Assembly (NCBI GenBank): GCA_010015805.1
Contig: ML978126.1
Span: 992,001-1,056,000 of the forward strand
Direction: 5' to 3'
Source: Rhizodiscina lignyota
Lineage: Eukaryota
DNA: 64,000 nucleotides
Shown piece by piece: positions 60,401 through 64,000 of this stretch. The position numbers were made by a program, and so were the translations under genes. The stretch's first letter is position 1. Every line of letters starts with the position of its first letter. The notes beneath the pieces were generated by a model that had not been told where the DNA came from, did not search any database, and worked only from the letters and a program-made list of their open reading frames with translations.

Positions 60401-63400
60401 TGCGGTCACCACGGCCAAGGTCAACAGCGTGCTGAATGTCCAGAGAAGCTCCCAAGCTGCAGTCTGATGCCAGCCGCGAAGTATTGGTGGCGAACCCTTC
60501 CAAACTGCGCAGATACCATGTCATAAGCATCCTGGTATCTGCCGCGCTGTACAGATAGCTCTGTGTCGTGAATGAGATTATGGTTCCTTCCGCGATCTCT
60601 GAGATGTCAATGATGAGGTCGTACGGATTGCGAGCATCGGTCGAGGATGTCCATTCTATCTCACATTTTCCCAGTGGCATAGTTTTCGAGCCACCCATGC
60701 GGTAGTTGACGGCAATCTGGAACAATGGGTTTTGATCACCGGATCGTGAAACTTTGAGAGTGTCGAGAATCGTATCGAAATCCGCGTTCGCGTGAGACAG
60801 GGCAGCAAAAGTGTTGTCTCTGGTCCGACGGGCTAGGTTGTTGAAGCGCTCTCCCGCGTTCATTCTAAACCTCAGTGGTAGCAAATTGGTGAAATATCCC
60901 ATTGTTGTTCTTTCTTCCGCCTCGTTTCGGTTTGCATCGAGGATGCCAATAACGAAATCGTCAACACCGATGCACCGCGAGATGAAGGAAGCTATCGCAG
61001 AGAGGTAAAAATGAAAGGAGGTTATCTGGAGCTCTGAACTAGCTTGCTTGATCTGCCGAACTACAGGCGCCTCGAGCACGACATCAACCGCTGCTGTGTC
61101 GTAGGCCTTAAGCAGATGCCGGCACTGAACCCTGGAGATTGGGAACAAAGGTAGGGTTTCGGGAACGCTGTCGAAGGTGTCTCTCCAGAATTGCAGTTCC
61201 TTTCGAAGCCGAGCAGGCTCGCGCTCCTCTCGGCGCTTGTCGGACAGATCGAGCGCTTGCTGTCTGGGCAAGCCAACATCTTTGCCCGCATACGCCTGGT
61301 CCAGTTCGGTGAGAAAAATTCCCCAGCTCACGCCGTCGAGTGCGATGTGATGAAACGTGAAGACGATGTGATGCTGAGACCACGACCGGGAAAGTACGTG
61401 TACTTTCATCCATAGTCCTGCCTCCAGATCGAAATTGAAACGCTTGTTGGTATCAACTGCGGCTTGCACTTCAGAATCGTCTTGGACGTCGCTATGCTCG
61501 AATATGATATGCGGTTCGTGGCCAACGCCTTGCATAGCCTTACCGGTAGCACTATCAAGGAAGAAAGAAGTTCGGAGGCCTTCGTGCTTCATAGCAATGG
61601 TGTTAAGCGCTCTTCTCAGCCTAGCAATCTCGAGAGGCCCTCGCAACTGGCCGGACATGGTGACGTTGTACGTTGTTTTGTCTTCTAAATAGAGGTGCAG
61701 GAAGTAGAGACGACTTTGACCGGGTGACATCTCGCCCATTCTTTCGTACGCGTGTTCGTCCTCATTAGCTTTCTTTTCCGGTAGTCCGGCCTCTGAAGCA
61801 GAGGGTGTAGTTAAGGGTGTACCAGACGTGCCATCCGCTTGCGAGCTGAAGGTACCTGTCGGCGCCGGTGATACATCCCTGCTATTCCCAAAGACAGGGG
61901 TCTGGAGAGTTTTATTGTCGTTGACCTCGGTCTCTGGTTGGGGTGGATCCGTCTCCAGCGAGTTTATCATCGATGGCGGAAGCATCGCCAAAGCGTCCTG
62001 ACAAATATCCGCCAGAGAGGAGCCGCCCAAGATCTTGAGAACCGGTATATCAACATGCACTTCTTTCAGGAACCACGATCTGATCTCTACCGCCACCAGA
62101 GAGTCGATCCCTAGTTTCAATAGTTGCGCGCTTGGGTCGATCGCCTCGGCAGAGACTTGCAATATCATTGCGAACTTGTCTATGCAGGCGCCCAGCAAGA
62201 CAGCCAAAGCCTCTTCACTATTGCGCACCGTAGCCAGTCGGCCCTGAATACTCTGTGAAGACTGAGCTTGGTTACCGTCGGCGTCCTCCGCGCCATGCTC
62301 GTTGTGGACGTAGGTGGCGAAACGAGGATTGCTGTGCCACAGAGCATTGACTTCCTCTCCGATCCCAATGATGATTTCGGGGTCTTCCTTCGAATCCGGC
62401 CGCCCCGCGACGATGGCTTCGGCAAAGATCTCATGGAATTCAGGCTCCGACATCCTCATGTATCCAAACTTATTCAGGTGTTCTTCGTACTGTTCGAGAT
62501 TGCGCGCGACGAAGCCGATCCCGAGGAGGAAGGCAATGTCCATGATTGAAGCCGCGACGCCCCTCTGTCTGCGCTGGCGTGTCAGAGCGTGCATGTACAT
62601 GTTCGCTGCGGCGTAGTTTGACTGCCCCGGGTTGCCCATCACACACGACAGTGAAGAGAAGCAGATAAAGAAGTCCAGCTGGGTGGAGTAGAACAGCTCG
62701 TCCAAATTACGGGTTCCGTCAACCTTGGGTCGGAGCGCCACTTCGAAGTCTTCCAAGGACATGTTGGTGAATAGCTTGTCGTTCAGCACCATAGCAGCGT
62801 TGGCGACGCCAGCAATAGGCGGCATCGTTGCGCATAGATCTCCGTAAATCCTCAATACCGCTTCCTTGTCTGAAATGTCGAGAGGAAGAACTCTGATATT
62901 GGCACCTCTGCGCTGTAGGTCCTTTAGTACTTCCGCATCGACCTTTGGGTTGCGGCTCGTGATTGCAATATGCCTCGCTCCGTGAGTGACCATCCAGTCG
63001 CAAATAGATAAGCCGAGCTCGGAGGCTAGACCAACGAGGAGATATGTCTTATTCTCCGAGAAGAGGTTGAATGCGTTAAGAGGGCTAATTTTGATGTCCA
63101 CTGATTCGACTCCTTCCCACCTAAGAACCGTGGTGGGATATACCGGACCGGAGAGTCTCGCCACTTGGTTCACGGGAATGGGTTCATGGATGGCAACATC
63201 ATCTGCGACAAAACCGAGGCTTGGAGACGATCCGGAGCGCGTGGCAATCCTAATCATCTCCTCGCGGTCATAATTGAGCACTATGGGGTTCACATCATGC
63301 CCTTGGCCGATGATCCCTCTTGTCTCAACTTCGTGGTTAGAAGTGCGAGTAACATAGTCGACCAAGTTGTTGGCCTCCCCGAAGTTCACAAAGGCCTGAA

Positions 63401-64000
63401 TGTCTGTCGGAACGATGGATTGCAGTTCCCGGTCTGTGGCATACGGATGAATGAACGCCTGCGTAGAATTAGAGTCGCTTCCTGGTCCCGAAGATGTGCT
63501 TAAGAACACGATGACTCCTCGTTCGGCAGCCGCACAGGCAATGAGCTTAGCCAAAAACGGATCAGCATCATGGACCCAGATTGGTCCTTTGACATCCCAT
63601 ACGAGGCTTTCAGCGATGAGGGTTCCCAAGAGCGCCTGCGCATCTTTCACAGTATCAAACTCGCCGTCGAGAGGGACTATGTCCTCCTTACTCACGCTAA
63701 GAAGCGATCGAGGAGAGGCGGAGAATGTTACCACCTTACGGTGAGTTCCCACTACCGAACCGACACATACGTAACAGGGCTTTTGGTTGCTTGTTCTGAA
63801 AGGGAAGTACGATGAAGCGTGGATTTGGATCTGGACGGTCTCGGCCGCCAACGCCACTTTGGTCGAGTCCTCCACCTGTCGAAGTGTACGGGAGCCATTG
63901 GTATCGACAATTTCCACACAATTGGATGTGGGAGACATGGCGTAGGTGATATCTCTCCTCTCCGAGTTCAACCTGTTGTTCATCGTCTCGCTAGGAAGGA
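57432..64000 (-). CDS. Hybrid PKS-NRPS, 3' part (pseudo-ER, KR, ACP, C, A, T, R); 5' end outside the window
   Basis: KR (GVANAAMVL, GQSNYAAAN), ACP (LGIDSLVAVEIRSW), C (FHHIALDG), A (YTSGSTSTPKG, NLYGPAE, YRTGD), T (GGNSLL) and R (TGATGFLG, GYEASKW). The frame stays open to the window edge. Confidence 0.96.
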   Translation of the reverse strand, partial: LPSETMNNRLNSERRDITYAMSPTSNCVEIVDTNGSRTLRQVEDSTKVALAAETVQIQIHASSYFPFRTSNQKPCYVCVGSVVGTHRKVVTFSASPRSLLSVSKEDIVPLDGEFDTVKDAQALLGTLIAESLVWDVKGPIWVHDADPFLAKLIACAAAERGVIVFLSTSSGPGSDSNSTQAFIHPYATDRELQSIVPTDIQAFVNFGEANNLVDYVTRTSNHEVETRGIIGQGHDVNPIVLNYDREEMIRIATRSGSSPSLGFVADDVAIHEPIPVNQVARLSGPVYPTTVLRWEGVESVDIKISPLNAFNLFSENKTYLLVGLASELGLSICDWMVTHGARHIAITSRNPKVDAEVLKDLQRRGANIRVLPLDISDKEAVLRIYGDLCATMPPIAGVANAAMVLNDKLFTNMSLEDFEVALRPKVDGTRNLDELFYSTQLDFFICFSSLSCVMGNPGQSNYAAANMYMHALTRQRRQRGVAASIMDIAFLLGIGFVARNLEQYEEHLNKFGYMRMSEPEFHEIFAEAIVAGRPDSKEDPEIIIGIGEEVNALWHSNPRFATYVHNEHGAEDADGNQAQSSQSIQGRLATVRNSEEALAVLLGACIDKFAMILQVSAEAIDPSAQLLKLGIDSLVAVEIRSWFLKEVHVDIPVLKILGGSSLADICQDALAMLPPSMINSLETDPPQPETEVNDNKTLQTPVFGNSRDVSPAPTGTFSSQADGTSGTPLTTPSASEAGLPEKKANEDEHAYERMGEMSPGQSRLYFLHLYLEDKTTYNVTMSGQLRGPLEIARLRRALNTIAMKHEGLRTSFFLDSATGKAMQGVGHEPHIIFEHSDVQDDSEVQAAVDTNKRFNFDLEAGLWMKVHVLSRSWSQHHIVFTFHHIALDGVSWGIFLTELDQAYAGKDVGLPRQQALDLSDKRREEREPARLRKELQFWRDTFDSVPETLPLFPISRVQCRHLLKAYDTAAVDVVLEAPVVRQIKQASSELQITSFHFYLSAIASFISRCIGVDDFVIGILDANRNEAEERTTMGYFTNLLPLRFRMNAGERFNNLARRTRDNTFAALSHANADFDTILDTLKVSRSGDQNPLFQIAVNYRMGGSKTMPLGKCEIEWTSSTDARNPYDLIIDISEIAEGTIISFTTQSYLYSAADTRMLMTWYLRSLEGFATNTSRLASDCSLGASLDIQHAVDLGRGDRIVVEWQAPTLAHRIHEMATLNTKSIAIKDGYGRRLTYRAMMDRVNYITSQLRDLSAGSYVGVLLHPNADAICALLAIMDLGLVYVPLDLRNPAGRLAAIVADCRPSVIICQGETLSSAKELLMAAENSKVDLLNVSTLIEGGSESLQAPATCVARPHDPGFAIYTSGSTSTPKGVLLTHAALLNQIWAISKLFGIGKEVVLQQSSFGFDLSLEQIFSALANGGTLVVASKEARGDAIQISNLILSEGVTYTEFVPSEYLYLLRYGYHILKACSSWKYAFSGGEKVTAQLRRGFKKLGLSNLRLVNLYGPAEATLSCTRCVIPYTEDDIEDESPAGRVMPNYSVVIVDENMNPMPAGFPGEICIGGAGNAVGYVNRPEETARKFVPNRISPSQDSLEGWDKLYRTGDKGRMLESGFLHFMGRLDGDSQVKIRGMRIELEEIAKVIVSESRSAIVDAAVSLRSSDLLVAFVVFSDDFTGDKSAFLEQLKACLPLPAYMSPTNIVAIDEIPRSPNGKRDKSKIDSLPVPSSQDASELYEENLTDLEAQVVAVWQEVLPGAVQLSRLTSDADFFLVGGNSLLLLKLRTELRMAFGCDVTLPELFRASTIRGMASTIRTATYGEQILDQEIDWSTEIRALCDGLSPDALAPPAIAVSNPDAGAMLPKTGLCVVLTGATGFLGRHILDCLVRDKRVGEVHCISIRSNAKGEPRHVAVTSPKVIEYTGDLADRNLGLSNSELEQLTTRADVFIHNGADVSFMKTYRSLRRPNVLATRRLAEMALAASASFHFVSTASVARFYPGDSLPEVSIQATELLPVDGQHGYEASKWVGEALLEALAVDYGLRSWIHRPTSIAGEGVPEMDIVTTLYAYCKLLHAVPRFHGAVSGAFDFVPVRAVAEGIADAALDSVGVDTGRAVRASCEYLHHCSDVKVSLQSLRRHMEEEEGVAFDELDFEVWLERARDAGLGELVNGVLKSALENEQTLTLPVIHRGSN

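Overview
Eukaryotic DNA from a filamentous ascomycete: GT..AG introns with CTRAC-type branch points, and RIP-like C>T/G>A damage. 1-6.3 kb is accessory, partly RIP-damaged DNA in which an intact F-box-like gene lies between two diverged copies of the same degenerate coding sequence. 6.5-21.6 kb is a compact imino/amino-acid catabolic cluster: neutral amino acid permease, proline dehydrogenase (one in-frame TAA), sarcosine/pipecolate-oxidase-like flavoprotein, mitochondrial carrier, divergent P5C reductase, DapA/HOGA-like aldolase, a possible transcription-factor relic, a bacterial-type D-aminopeptidase and an MDR dehydrogenase. It differs from the classical prn cluster and is the best candidate here for an undescribed pathway. 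22-32 kb is an accessory mix: small spliced genes absent from the ORF track, a FAD/Rieske oxidoreductase, a HET protein with a WW-like insertion, an HpcH aldolase, a 457-bp foldback MITE and a DUF6594 gene. 32-49.5 kb looks like core genome: GIT1-like MFS transporter, M3 oligopeptidase, sororin-like protein, Zn2Cys6 factor, 4CL-like ligase, MTP18 and a PGAP4-like glycosyltransferase. 50-64 kb holds a second HET gene, a secreted cupredoxin, and the edge of a secondary-metabolite cluster (P450 plus the 3' part of a PKS-NRPS hybrid). All family calls come from motif recognition by eye; no database searches were run.
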